This document shows, one piece after another, positions 18,999 to 29,146 of a stretch of DNA of 64,000 nucleotides (within the stretch, counting starts at the first letter, position 1; each line of letters begins with the position of its first letter). This DNA comes from an uncultured Nitrososphaerota archaeon (GTDB lineage: Archaea > Thermoproteota > Nitrososphaeria > Nitrososphaerales > Gagatemarchaeaceae). The notes beneath the pieces are model-generated. The model saw only the letters and a program-made list of their open reading frames with translations, did not search any database and was not told the DNA's origin. Both the position numbers and the translations under genes were made by a program. Location: NCBI GenBank assembly GCA_963838925.1, contig CAWISW010000002.1:480001-544000 (forward strand), read 5' to 3'.

Positions 18999-20339
18999 TT
19001 GCCTGAAAATCGGGCGCAACCGGTGCCGCGACTGCGGAATGCGGCGCCCAAATTCTCTGACCAAGAATTATTTCATCTGGCTGAGAAGTTTGGAACACCA
19101 TACTTCCTCATAGACGAGACGGCACTACGAAAGTCTGTCAACGAGCTGGAGCAAGCGTATCAAAAGTTCAAGGGCCCCTTCCGCGTCGCCTACTCGATAA
19201 AGGCGAACTACAACCCGGGCGTCATCAGGACTTTCGTCTCTGAGGGAATAATGTTCGACCTCACCGCGAGTAACGAGATCTACTTCCTGCTAAAGTGCGG
19301 AGGATCACCAGAGAACGTGATCTACACGAGCATAACGGAGACGAAGGACGAATACGAGCAGGTGATGAAGCTCGGAGTGCGCAAGATCGTCGTCTCAAGC
19401 TACAACGGGCTGGTCAACCTGATCGAGGCGAAGACAAGGGTCGAAGGCGACGTTGAAGTCCTCATCAGGGTCAACCCCGAGGTCTCCGTAAAGGCCGAGC
19501 TGAGGTTCTCGATAAAGCACGGCAAGTTCGGCGTGCCGCTCGACTCTGCGAACGAGGACAGCGCCATCTCCCTCCTCAAGAAGGTCCTTGACACGCCGGG
19601 AATGAGCTTCGAGGGGTTCCACTTCCACCTAGGAAGCCAGATCGAGGACCCTTCGTGCTTCGCGGTCGCCCTCGAGAAGCTCGAGAGCTTCATACTCGGC
19701 GCAAGGCGAGAGCTGGGCGACTTTCCGGTGCGGACGTTAGACATCGGAGGAGGCCTTCCGGCGCCTTATGGGAAGGTCGTGCCGAGCGCCTCCGACTTTT
19801 CGGCCCAGATCTTGGAGAGGCTCAACAGCGTGATCGAGAGCCTAGGCAAGAAGTTCACGCTCATCGTCGAGAGCGGCAGGTTCCTCTCGGCGGAGTCGAC
19901 GATCATGGTGTCTCGCGTCGTCAACGTGAAGAAGTTCGACGAGACGAGGTACGTCTACCTGGACGCTGGCTACCACAACCTTCTGGACTCCGCGCTGCTA
20001 AAGCACGAGTACCCCGTCGAGGTCGTCCCCGGCGGGACCCCTACCCCTCGCAAGACGATCCTTTCGGGCAGGCTGTGCGACGCGTTGGACATCTTCCCGA
20101 CCTCCACAAGGTCGAAGCTCGGGGGCGCGGAGCCAGGCAAGCTCGTGGTGTTCAGAGACGTCGGGGCGTACTCGTTCGTGCTTGGCTCGCAGTTCCACTG
20201 CCAGCCGAAGCCCTACATCCTCATGCGCACCGCGCAGGGCAACCACGTCGTCGTCCGGAAGGGCCAGGACCTGTCCGAACTGTTCAGCGAGGAAGGAGGC
20301 GACCTCCCGACGACAGGCATCTCCAGCGCGCGCCGCTGA
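18999..20339 (+). CDS. lysA: Diaminopimelate decarboxylase (PLP fold III)
   Basis: YSIKAN, KFG, HFHLGSQ, DIGGG, ESGR, G.LCD..D and VGAY motifs. Confidence 0.85.
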   Translation: MPENRAQPVPRLRNAAPKFSDQELFHLAEKFGTPYFLIDETALRKSVNELEQAYQKFKGPFRVAYSIKANYNPGVIRTFVSEGIMFDLTASNEIYFLLKCGGSPENVIYTSITETKDEYEQVMKLGVRKIVVSSYNGLVNLIEAKTRVEGDVEVLIRVNPEVSVKAELRFSIKHGKFGVPLDSANEDSAISLLKKVLDTPGMSFEGFHFHLGSQIEDPSCFAVALEKLESFILGARRELGDFPVRTLDIGGGLPAPYGKVVPSASDFSAQILERLNSVIESLGKKFTLIVESGRFLSAESTIMVSRVVNVKKFDETRYVYLDAGYHNLLDSALLKHEYPVEVVPGGTPTPRKTILSGRLCDALDIFPTSTRSKLGGAEPGKLVVFRDVGAYSFVLGSQFHCQPKPYILMRTAQGNHVVVRKGQDLSELFSEEGGDLPTTGISSARR

Positions 20340-20374
20340 CACGGCATCTTCCGCCAGCCTGCTCGGGTCACTGG

Positions 20375-21619
20375 CTAGCTTGAAGAAAGGACCTTCTTCA
20401 GGACCGACCTGCCGCTCAGAGTCCCCAACGACCCTCTCTTCGCGTCCTTCTCGGTGAACCTGCATGACCTCTTGTCCCCCTCGGCCTTCTTCCCCGTTAT
20501 CAGCAACGGCACCGGGTCAGCCGAGTGCATCTTGAGGATGCAAGGCGTGGCGTGGTCGCAGGAGACGGCCAGCGTCGCGGCGTCAGAGAGCGTCTCGCTG
20601 ACCGGGGCAAAGAACTCAGAGTCGATGGTCTCTATGTTCGCCCTCTTCCCCGTCGCGTCGCCGTCGTGCCCGAACTCGTCGGGCCCCTTGATGTGCGCGT
20701 AGACCACCGTGCCTGCCTTCATCTCGCGCTCGAACAGCCTGGCCTTCCCCGAGAGGTCGGCGGGGTCGTCCACCTTCACCATCTTCATCTTCAGCAGTAT
20801 CGCGATCCCAACCTCCGCGGGCATCTCGACGAGAGCGACCCCCTTGTATTGGTGCTTCTCCTCAAAGGTCGGTAGCTTGGGTATGAACGAGCCAGAGTCC
20901 CTGAAAAGTAGCATGTTCGCCGCCTTCTTCCCCGCCCTCTTCCTCTCCCGGTTCACCTTCGCCTCGTCGAGCACCTTCATCGCCTGGGTCGCGAACGAGT
21001 TGACCAGCTCGGCAGCCCGCTTGGAGGCGGCGGTGCTCTCGAGGGGCTTGCACGTCTGTATCGCCTCGACCTCCTTCGCTTGCGTCGCCGCACCGAACCC
21101 CTTCATGCGCACGTATCCGGGGTCGGTGTTGGAGATCTCGGCGGAGAGCGGCTTGTGCGCCCTTATGACGAGAACCGCCCTGTGTCCGATCGTGCTCCTG
21201 AAATCGAACTCCGCGTCCGCGAGCTTCACCTTCTTCAGCTCCTCCTGGAGCGTCTTGGCGTCGTCGGCGGTCATGTCCCTGCCGGCGCGCCTGTCGATGA
21301 TCTTCCCGTCCGCCCTCGTGGCGAAGTTCGCCCTTATCGCAAGGTCACCGTCTTTGACGTCTATCCCTGCGCCTATCGACTCGACCACCCCGCGCCCCGG
21401 ATAGCCCTTCTCGAAAGAATAGCCCAGCATGTTGAAGACGGCGATGTCGGACTCCGGCGATATGCCTCTCCCCACGGTGATCACCCTCCCCATCTTCGCC
21501 TTTCGCGCGATCCTGTCGAGGTTGGGAGTGCTCGCCACCTCGAGAGGGGTCGAGTAGTTCATGGACGGGACTGGCCTGTCGCTGCAGCCGTCGAGGAGTA
21601 TGTAGCCGACCTTCTTCAC
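20375..21619 (-). CDS. apgM: 2,3-BPG-independent phosphoglycerate mutase (archaeal ApgM)
   Basis: LLDG.SD, TPLEVA.TPNLD, ESDIA, YPGRG, D..GHDG and DHATP motifs. Confidence 0.92.
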   Translation of the reverse strand: MKKVGYILLDGCSDRPVPSMNYSTPLEVASTPNLDRIARKAKMGRVITVGRGISPESDIAVFNMLGYSFEKGYPGRGVVESIGAGIDVKDGDLAIRANFATRADGKIIDRRAGRDMTADDAKTLQEELKKVKLADAEFDFRSTIGHRAVLVIRAHKPLSAEISNTDPGYVRMKGFGAATQAKEVEAIQTCKPLESTAASKRAAELVNSFATQAMKVLDEAKVNRERKRAGKKAANMLLFRDSGSFIPKLPTFEEKHQYKGVALVEMPAEVGIAILLKMKMVKVDDPADLSGKARLFEREMKAGTVVYAHIKGPDEFGHDGDATGKRANIETIDSEFFAPVSETLSDAATLAVSCDHATPCILKMHSADPVPLLITGKKAEGDKRSCRFTEKDAKRGSLGTLSGRSVLKKVLSSS

Positions 21620-21877
21620 TTGAAGTGCGCACCCTTCGGGTTTCTTCCGGTCAAAGAACTTCGCTTGCCTTTCGCGGCGCATTTATCCCGGATATAACCT
21701 TGCGTCGCTGTCGCTGGTTTTCAAGCTGCGCGACACTGCCCTGATGCTCTCGAACGGACTGATAAGCGGGCGCTAGTCCTCTGATCGCCCGTCAAGAGGC
21801 TTTGACGCCAAAACGGAATCTCGGGATTTCTAGTGCGGAGAAGTAATATATCGTTTCGAACTAGACACGTGGCATAT

Positions 21878-22915
21878 ATGGTGGAGATCAGGAAAGACTA
21901 CTTTACAGACAAGATTTCAATCGTGACGTCCGACAGAGGTCCTCGCTCGCAGTTCAAGTCCTCCTCCGACCATGGCGCCAAGTGCCCCTTCTGCCCCGGC
22001 AACGAGGAGATGACCCCCCAGGCAGACCTCGTGGTCGTGAAGATGGGGGACACGCTCGTGAAGCAGACCGACTCCGAGGGCGACCCCGTCCGAGGGTGGA
22101 TCGTCCGCGTCTTCCCCGACAAGTTCCCGATAGTCACCCCCAACTCCGCCCCCTCGTACGGGGAGGCGCCCCACTACAGCGAGCCGGCGGTCGGCTACCA
22201 CTACATCCTGGTCGCTACGCCCAAGCACGACCTCACCTTCCCGAAGCTGGACATCGACCAGTGGACGAACGTCCTCGCCACCCTCCAGGACAAGACCCGT
22301 TGGCTGTACGCCCAGCGAGGCGTGGGCTACGTGGCCATCTTCATCAACCAGGGCAAGGTGGCCGGCGCGCTCATCGACCACCCCCACATCCAGCTGGTCA
22401 CGATACCCAGGCTCCCGCCGGTCGTTGAGTCCGAGGCGGTGACGGTCCAGGGCTCGCTCAACGAGCTGGGCATATGCCCCATGTGCCAGGTCGTGGCCTC
22501 CGAGACGGGAGGGCCGAGGCAGATCCTCTCGACGGAGTACTTCATCGCGTTCGCCCCCTGGGCGTCCGCCCACTCCCACGAGTTCTGGATTTACCCGAAG
22601 CGCCACCAGACGAGCATGCTGAAGCTCTCGCAGAAGGAGCTGATGGACCTCGCGCTGATCCTCCGCGCCACCTTGGGCGGCATGTCGAAGGTCCTCGGGG
22701 ACTGCGCCTTCAACCTGGTCGTCCACAACTCGTCGGAGAAGAAGACGACGAAGCAGATTCACTGGCACCTGGAGGTGTACCCGCGGGTCTCAAACTGGTC
22801 CGGCCTCGAGCTCGGGTCTGGCGTCTTCGTCAGCGAGGTGTCGCCGGAGGCCGCCGCGGAGCAGCTGGGCGCCGCGAGCAGGCGCGAGCTTGCCCACCTC
22901 GTGGGCATCACCTAG
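21878..22915 (+). CDS. galT: Galactose-1-phosphate uridylyltransferase (GalT/HIT family)
   Basis: CPFCPGNE, HPH.Q catalytic motif, CPMC and HWHLE. Confidence 0.85.
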   Translation: MVEIRKDYFTDKISIVTSDRGPRSQFKSSSDHGAKCPFCPGNEEMTPQADLVVVKMGDTLVKQTDSEGDPVRGWIVRVFPDKFPIVTPNSAPSYGEAPHYSEPAVGYHYILVATPKHDLTFPKLDIDQWTNVLATLQDKTRWLYAQRGVGYVAIFINQGKVAGALIDHPHIQLVTIPRLPPVVESEAVTVQGSLNELGICPMCQVVASETGGPRQILSTEYFIAFAPWASAHSHEFWIYPKRHQTSMLKLSQKELMDLALILRATLGGMSKVLGDCAFNLVVHNSSEKKTTKQIHWHLEVYPRVSNWSGLELGSGVFVSEVSPEAAAEQLGAASRRELAHLVGIT

Positions 22916-22924
22916 GCGGACGCC

Positions 22925-23973
22925 CTACGGGCCGGCTACCGTGGCCTTCAGCCTCTCGATCAGCTTGATGCTCGAAGGGTCGACGCCGCGGATTATCGCG
23001 GCATAATACGTCGCGAAGTCGACCTGGTAGTCGAGGGTGACCAGCTGCGCGAGGTTGCCCTTCCCCTTCCCCCATATCTCGAGGCTCCTTATCCCCTTCA
23101 TCCCGAGTATGTCGATGAACGAGTCGAGCCTCACCCTCTCATACTTCGGTTCGGCTGTGTGGCGGAGGATTATCGGCACCATCTTCTTCTCGGGAGTCTC
23201 CCACGACTCGACCTCGTTGTGGAAGAGCTCGGCCCGGAGTCCCAGGCGGCGTTCATCTTCGCGTTCTCGTTGAGGCACGTCTTGAAGCGCTCCGCCACGG
23301 CCTTGGTCACCGACGACCCGTAGATCTTGGGGAGGACGCCTGACGGCGCCACGAGCTGCGCAAGCTGCTTCGCAGGGTTCTGGGACGTGGGGGAGCTCGC
23401 GGCGTACGAGGGGGCGACCTTCTTCATGCAGTCGATGGCCTCCTTGACCTCTCGCCACTTCTTCTCACCCACCAGCCCCGCGCTCTTCAGCGCGGCGATT
23501 GCGGCGAAGAGCACGTGCGGCAGCGAGTATCTGGGCGCCATCTCGATGGGTATCGTGACGTGGGGCACCTTGAGCTCCATCGCGAGCTGCTGCAGCTTCC
23601 CTCCTGAAGAGATCGCCACCATCGTCGCCTTCTTGGCGGCGAGCCTCCTCATGAGGAGTATTGTCTCCTCTGTGCTGCCAGAGGTGCTGCAGACGAGGAC
23701 GAACGCCCTTGAGAGGTTCACCTTGGGAAGGTATCCCTTGAAGACGCTCACCTCGACCCCTCCCGAGGCCAGGAACCAGTCTGCGATTATGTCCCCCGCG
23801 GAGGCGGAGCCTCCGTTGGCCACGTAGATCACGCGGTCGAAGTGGCGCGACCCGACGTCGACCGAGAGCGAGGACTCCTGCTCCGCAAAGCGGGGCCAGG
23901 CCTCGAACACTCGGTAGATGTTCCTCGGGTCAGCGCGAGCGATTGCTTGCGGAGAGAGTGGGTCCTGTGGCAT
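22925..23973 (-). pseudogene. Bifunctional phosphoglucose/phosphomannose isomerase (SIS), frameshifted
   Basis: GGS, STSG.TEET, SSGG.L, PR and NENAK in one frame; ELFHNEVE and the C-terminal IxxLK in another. One base is missing near 23231 (real lesion or sequence error). Confidence 0.8.
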
Positions 23974-24080
23974 CGTGTAATGGCACTTGTGATTTCCTGG
24001 ATTTGCGCGCTATTGGCCTTTATCACGCGTTTTAAACGCAGCGCCGGCGTCGTCGCGCAGGTCGTGCGAGAGGAAGCGCG

Positions 24081-24818
24081 TCAGGGTATCTTCCCGTAGC
24101 GCTCGGTGTACGCCTTGTCGGCCTCTCTGTGCGCCTGAACGTCCCCGATGTCGGTGAACTCGCCCTTCACCTTCAGCCCGAATATGGCCCTGTCGTCCTT
24201 CGTGGCGCTCTTGAAGGCCTCCTTCATCCCGTAGACCTGGCCGCGAGGGATGTAGCTCAGGAACTTCTTGTCGACGACGTAGCACCCGACGTTGATGTCG
24301 TTGGTGATGACGGGCTTCTCCTTCCATTTCGAGATTCGCCCTTCGGGCAGGGTCGATATCACCCCGTACTTCATCCTGGTCTCGTGCCTCATCAGGGCCA
24401 TCGTGACGAAGGCGCTCTTCTTCCTGTGGAACGCCAGGAGCTTCCTCAGGTCAAAGCCGAGAATCGCGTCGCCGTAGAGGCAGATGAACGTCTCCGGGAG
24501 CAGCTTCTCCGCGGACTTTAGCTGGCCGGCGTGCCCCATCGGCCTGTCCGACCGGGCGTACTCGATGCTCACCCCAAAGTCAGCGCCGTCCCCGAAGTAC
24601 TGCTCTATCATCCTGCCGAGGTACCCTGTCGCGACGACGACGTCTGTGACGTCGTTCGCCTTGAGCCAGTCTATGATGTGCTCCAGTATCGGCTTGGGCC
24701 CGACCGGCAGCATGGGCTTGGGCAAGAAGAGCGTGTAAGGCCTGAGCCGGGTGCCGAGCCCGCCCGCTAGGACGACCGCCTTGATGGGGGCCTTACGCTT
24801 GCGGCTGCTGTCTGACAG
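24081..24818 (-). CDS. Sugar-phosphate nucleotidyltransferase (mannose-1-P guanylyltransferase-like)
   Basis: KAVVLAGGLGTRLRPYT..PKPM lies upstream of the track start and needs CTG 24818 or ATC 24785; also YGD and DIGD motifs. Confidence 0.88.
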   Translation of the reverse strand: MSDSSRKRKAPIKAVVLAGGLGTRLRPYTLFLPKPMLPVGPKPILEHIIDWLKANDVTDVVVATGYLGRMIEQYFGDGADFGVSIEYARSDRPMGHAGQLKSAEKLLPETFICLYGDAILGFDLRKLLAFHRKKSAFVTMALMRHETRMKYGVISTLPEGRISKWKEKPVITNDINVGCYVVDKKFLSYIPRGQVYGMKEAFKSATKDDRAIFGLKVKGEFTDIGDVQAHREADKAYTERYGKIP

Positions 24819-25527
24819 GGGGAATCACTTGAGACCTGTAGGTCGATATAGCGTCCCTATATGCTTCAACCCCGGGCTCGAGAGCCGCCGCGTCGATGCT
24901 GATCCCGCGCAGGCCCGACCTCATGACGCTGCGGACGTCCTTGACGCCCATCTTCTTCTGGGTCCTCATCAGCAGGGGCTTCGAGGACAGGCTCGCGAGG
25001 ACGCCGAGGGTGGCGAGGTCGAGGGCGCTGAAGATGTGGTTCTTCCCCTGAGGCGCGACTATCGCCGCTTCGAGGGCTGTGACCCCGTCGATCTCGGAGA
25101 TGCCCTTCACCTGCTCGAGCATGTAACCTGGCCCTATCGACACGAGCTTCTCGACCCGGCTGTCCTCCAGGACGAAGGGGGGCATGTGGTGAGCGTACAT
25201 GTTCACAAAGCTGAACGGCTTGGAGACGATCCTCTCCCAGTTCTCCTCTATCAGCGGCCTCGAGTCCCCGATGGATATCCCGACGGGGACGCTGGTCGTG
25301 CTGAGGATGGAGTCTATCGAGTCCTCCATCAGGTCGAAGCTCCCGAAGAGGCCCGGCAGCGAAGTGTCCGTCTTGTCTATGCCTATCGTTATCGCGTCCG
25401 CCCCCGCTTGGGCTGCTATGGAGGCGTACTCGGTGTTGTTCTGCGGCAGGTTGGCGATAAGCGCCACAGCACCCGCTCCGGAAACCAGGCTAGCAAGTGG
25501 TCTCGGCTGATGCTCGAGGCTTTCCAT
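24793..25527 (-). CDS. Hypothetical protein, probable TIM-barrel fold
   Basis: Alternating beta/alpha pattern with AAQAGADAITI, PVGI, PLLM and GLRGISI; overlaps the next gene. Confidence 0.65.
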   Translation of the reverse strand: MESLEHQPRPLASLVSGAGAVALIANLPQNNTEYASIAAQAGADAITIGIDKTDTSLPGLFGSFDLMEDSIDSILSTTSVPVGISIGDSRPLIEENWERIVSKPFSFVNMYAHHMPPFVLEDSRVEKLVSIGPGYMLEQVKGISEIDGVTALEAAIVAPQGKNHIFSALDLATLGVLASLSSKPLLMRTQKKMGVKDVRSVMRSGLRGISIDAAALEPGVEAYRDAISTYRSQVIPPVRQQPQA

Positions 25528-25636
25528 TGCGTCTTGAGGCTATCAAGAGCGCCGGGACCTTAGAAGAGGCGGGCTCAACAATTGTTGATGCAGCGATGCG
25601 ACGCTTCTTTACAAAAGAGAGTGGGGACGAAGGCCT

Positions 25637-26530
25637 TCAGAAGAGCCAGATGTTGATGACGATGACTATGAAGATGACCGTGAGGTAGGGGCTGGAGAGC
25701 TTGAAGAGGGTCCAGGCGGTCTTCGTCGTCCTGTCTATCGCGAGCTTGATGCTGTAGCCGAGGATCACTGCCCCCAGCGCCGCCGCAGAGACGATGTAGA
25801 ACGGGCTGGCTGCGTCGGGTACGAAGAGGATCGCCAGGGAGAAGACGACCAGGAGCGAGCTGGTGATGGCGATGCACACTGTGGCAACCCTCTCGCTAAC
25901 GATGACCGGCAGCATGGGTATCTTGGCGGCCTTGTACTCCTCCCTCTCCTTGATCGCGAGGCTCCAGATGTGGGTCGGGATCCAGACTATCACGAGGGCA
26001 GACATGAACAGCGCCAGCGGAGTGATAGCGTCAGCTATCGCCGTGTAGCCGACGAGGACGGGCATGCCCCCGGAGATGCCTCCGAGTATTATGTTCAGCC
26101 AGCTCCTGCGCTTGAGCCACAGCGAGTAGACCCCGACGTTGTCGACGAGCCCGAAGAGCATGCAGGCGGCGGCGAGCCAGTTGAAGTAGAGGCACATGAC
26201 CACGGAAAGGACCGACGTGACCATCCCGAAGATGAGCGCGTTGCGGGGCGAGACCCTGCCGGAAGGGATCGGGCGGTTGTGCGTCCGCTTCAGCATGCTG
26301 TCGATGTCGCGGTCGTGGTAGTTCGTGAGCACCTCCGCGCCGATCGACCCGAGCAGGATGGCGACGAACCCCACCGCCAGCGACACCAGAAGCGACTCCG
26401 TCGAAGGGGCTGGGTGCACCTCCTTGTAGGCCACCAGCATCCCAGCGATGCCGGTGAAGACGAGCAGCATTATGATCTTGGGCTTGGAGAGCTCCCAGTA
26501 GAGCTTCACCAGGTCCACTACGGAGCTCAT
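25637..26530 (-). CDS. cyoE: Protoheme IX farnesyltransferase (heme O synthase)
   Basis: KPKI, N..DRDID..LKRT..RPIPSG, LKRR, W.P.H.W.LA and IPMLPV. Confidence 0.93.
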   Translation of the reverse strand: MSSVVDLVKLYWELSKPKIIMLLVFTGIAGMLVAYKEVHPAPSTESLLVSLAVGFVAILLGSIGAEVLTNYHDRDIDSMLKRTHNRPIPSGRVSPRNALIFGMVTSVLSVVMCLYFNWLAAACMLFGLVDNVGVYSLWLKRRSWLNIILGGISGGMPVLVGYTAIADAITPLALFMSALVIVWIPTHIWSLAIKEREEYKAAKIPMLPVIVSERVATVCIAITSSLLVVFSLAILFVPDAASPFYIVSAAALGAVILGYSIKLAIDRTTKTAWTLFKLSSPYLTVIFIVIVINIWLF

Positions 26531-26570
26531 CAAAATCGCTGCCTTCTGGGCGGCGTGATAAGTCTTCTGT

Positions 26571-29012
26571 CTAGCTCCGAGCCCGTCGGCGACCGCGAGC
26601 CACCAAGACGGCAGCGCCCGCGACGACGACCACCCCGACGGCGGCCAAGGTGTAGGCGACCTCCGGCGACAGCCCTCCCACCCCGCTCGACGTCGACGAG
26701 GTCGGCCCGCCAGTCGTCTCTATCCCGATCGAGATCACCTCGCCTGGGATTACCTCCGCGTGCCCCAGCGGCCCGTGGAGACCCTTCTCGCCAAGGACGG
26801 GGTGGTTGCTCCCGCCGTAGGTGAGCAGGATGTGCATCACCCCGTTCGCGTCAGGAGCCATGCTCATGGGGGCGAGAAGGGGCACCCCCAGGTCGATGGT
26901 GCGGAGGACCTTCCCCGTGTCCGAGGACTGGAAGACGAGCTCTCCGTCCGGCCACTGGGATACGACCATCCCGCCCGTGACGATGATGCCTCCCCTGTAG
27001 TAGATCGGCCTGGTGTAGCTCCAGAGGACGCTGCCGTTCACGGGGTCTATCTTCAGGATGGTGGCGTTGGTCTGCATCTGGCCAGAGAAGTAGAGGTTCG
27101 TCCCGAAGACTATCCCCGAGGAGCCCTTGTAGTCGACGTCCCCGATGTAGTCTCGCTCCATCGGCCCGTCCATGACGACCACGTAGAAGTATCTACCGTC
27201 GAACGCGTTCTCGGACTCCATCATGTAGGGCGCCTCGATGAACCCCGCCTTCCCGGTCGCGCCTATCGCAGGGCAGACCGTGGTGTTGGCTATCGCGGTG
27301 CACGACTGGACCCTCCCGACCCCCGCCAGGGCCTCGCACTCCGCGTTCGTCCCCACCGGGCAGTCGAACTGGGTCATCTCGGTGAGGTTCAGCGGGTCGA
27401 GCCCCTCGCTCGCCCTGTATGGGGCCCCCGTGACGTAGCCGTGCGGCCTGGGTATCTGGCCCGCGGCGTACTCCGACCAGAGCCTGTCCCACGCGGCGCC
27501 GAAGTCGCAGCTCTCGACGTTGGACGGCACGCACTCGAACGGCGCCGACGCGCTCGAAGAGGGGTCGCTGTAGTCGGGCATGGTGGTGTCCAGGATCCAC
27601 TTCGGTTGGCCGGTGATGGCGTCCATGCCGTAGACGACACCGCTCTTGCAAGCCTTCAGGACCATCTTCTCCCCTTCAACGGTCGCGAATATCGTGTTCA
27701 GGTTGCAGTCCTCGTCGTTCAGGTCTCGCGCGATGCTCTTGTCCGCCCAGACTATCTTGCCGTCGGTCAGGTTCAGGCCGACGATCGAGTTCGCGAGGAG
27801 GTTGGGGCCTGGACGCAGCGACCCGTTCCAGTCCGGGCCCGGCTCAGAGGTGCCGAGGAAGGCCATCCCGTCCTGGTCGTCGAGCGCATACTGCCCCCAC
27901 GAGTTGCTCATGCCCGTGCTGGGGGCGATGTCGGTGCCGTTCCAGCGGCTCGAAAGGGCCGGGTCCTGCCAGTCGTCCTGTACTATGCTCGCAGGAAGCG
28001 CCGCGCACGGCACCCCGGCCACCCAGACGCTGGCGGTCTGGCAGAGGTCGACGGACCAGTTCCGCTCGCTGCCGTCGATGGGGGGCATGAAGAAGGTCCG
28101 CCACAGCAGGGTGCTGCCCGCCGAGCACGCGCCCCCCTGCTCTGTGGTGCACGCCCCCCCTTGGGCAGCGCAGCCGTCGCCGCTCACGATGTTGGCCGGG
28201 TCGAGGGCCGCTGAAAGGCTGCACCCCTCGACGAAGAACCTCCCGCCGCCCGTGCCCTCCGCGGAACCTCCCACGTAGTAGAGGATCTCGTTGTACTTCA
28301 CGTCGACCTGGATCGCGCTGTCCCCGAAGGAGTAGTACTGCCCCCACCCGCCGTACGGGCTCAGGTCTCCCGGTATGTCGTTGCAGAGCCCCGTCAAGTT
28401 GGCGCGGAGCACGCCGGTCGAGGCGTCCCACCCCTGGAGCTGGCACCCGAAGCCGTTCACCCAGATCACGCCGTCCACCAGGTTCGCGCTGTGGAGGTGG
28501 CCGGGGGGCCCGGAGGGAGCCCAGGGAAGCTTCTGGTAGGAAGCCCAGTCCATCGCGGCCTGACCAGGGAGGGACGGCATGACCTCGGCGCCTGTGGCGA
28601 GGTTGAACGCGAACACGCTCAGCCCGTTCGTTACCACGAAGCCGGTGCCATCCGCGGAGAGCACCGGGGCCATCGTGCCCTCGAGGCTGGTGGAGTACGG
28701 CAGGCCAGGGAAGCGGCTCTGCAGCGAGGGGGTGACGGACATGACGCTGGGGATGGGGAATATGTACTGCACGCCCAGGCTGCCCACGGAGGCCGCGTTG
28801 ATCTGAGTCTGGGGCGAGTAGTCCCACCCTTGCTCGCCCGTGGAGCCTGGTCCTGTGTACTCCGTCCAATCGAGCGAGGAGTAGTTGGAGCCCGTCGTGC
28901 TCGTGGCGGCTGAGAGGGGCTCCACGGCGGCGACGATGGGGGGCAATCCTGACGCTGAGGCAGGAGAGGCGTGCATCAAAGCGGTGGAGGCCAATAGGAG
29001 CCAAACGAGCAC
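26571..29012 (-). CDS. Secreted, C-terminally anchored PQQ-dependent dehydrogenase-like beta-propeller
   Basis: Signal peptide; YSPQTQIN, RPGPNL.ANSIVGLN.TDGK.VW, DLNDED and repeated A.D..TG..LW motifs; C-terminal TM followed by RRRARS. Confidence 0.75.
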   Translation of the reverse strand: MLVWLLLASTALMHASPASASGLPPIVAAVEPLSAATSTTGSNYSSLDWTEYTGPGSTGEQGWDYSPQTQINAASVGSLGVQYIFPIPSVMSVTPSLQSRFPGLPYSTSLEGTMAPVLSADGTGFVVTNGLSVFAFNLATGAEVMPSLPGQAAMDWASYQKLPWAPSGPPGHLHSANLVDGVIWVNGFGCQLQGWDASTGVLRANLTGLCNDIPGDLSPYGGWGQYYSFGDSAIQVDVKYNEILYYVGGSAEGTGGGRFFVEGCSLSAALDPANIVSGDGCAAQGGACTTEQGGACSAGSTLLWRTFFMPPIDGSERNWSVDLCQTASVWVAGVPCAALPASIVQDDWQDPALSSRWNGTDIAPSTGMSNSWGQYALDDQDGMAFLGTSEPGPDWNGSLRPGPNLLANSIVGLNLTDGKIVWADKSIARDLNDEDCNLNTIFATVEGEKMVLKACKSGVVYGMDAITGQPKWILDTTMPDYSDPSSSASAPFECVPSNVESCDFGAAWDRLWSEYAAGQIPRPHGYVTGAPYRASEGLDPLNLTEMTQFDCPVGTNAECEALAGVGRVQSCTAIANTTVCPAIGATGKAGFIEAPYMMESENAFDGRYFYVVVMDGPMERDYIGDVDYKGSSGIVFGTNLYFSGQMQTNATILKIDPVNGSVLWSYTRPIYYRGGIIVTGGMVVSQWPDGELVFQSSDTGKVLRTIDLGVPLLAPMSMAPDANGVMHILLTYGGSNHPVLGEKGLHGPLGHAEVIPGEVISIGIETTGGPTSSTSSGVGGLSPEVAYTLAAVGVVVVAGAAVLVARGRRRARS

Positions 29013-29146
29013 CGAGGGGGTGCCAAACGACCGAAGGCTAGGAGAGTTCGTTTCTTCCCCTGACCGTTCTCGCCCGCCCTCGGCTTAAGAACCTGTCTTG
29101 ACCGTGGAACGGCTCTCCAAGGGGGTTGCGATAGACCCCTTTTTCG

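Noticed and set aside
23225-23245. Programmed frameshift in pgi/pmi
   Set aside because: No slippery sequence or obvious stimulatory structure; a simple indel is more parsimonious.
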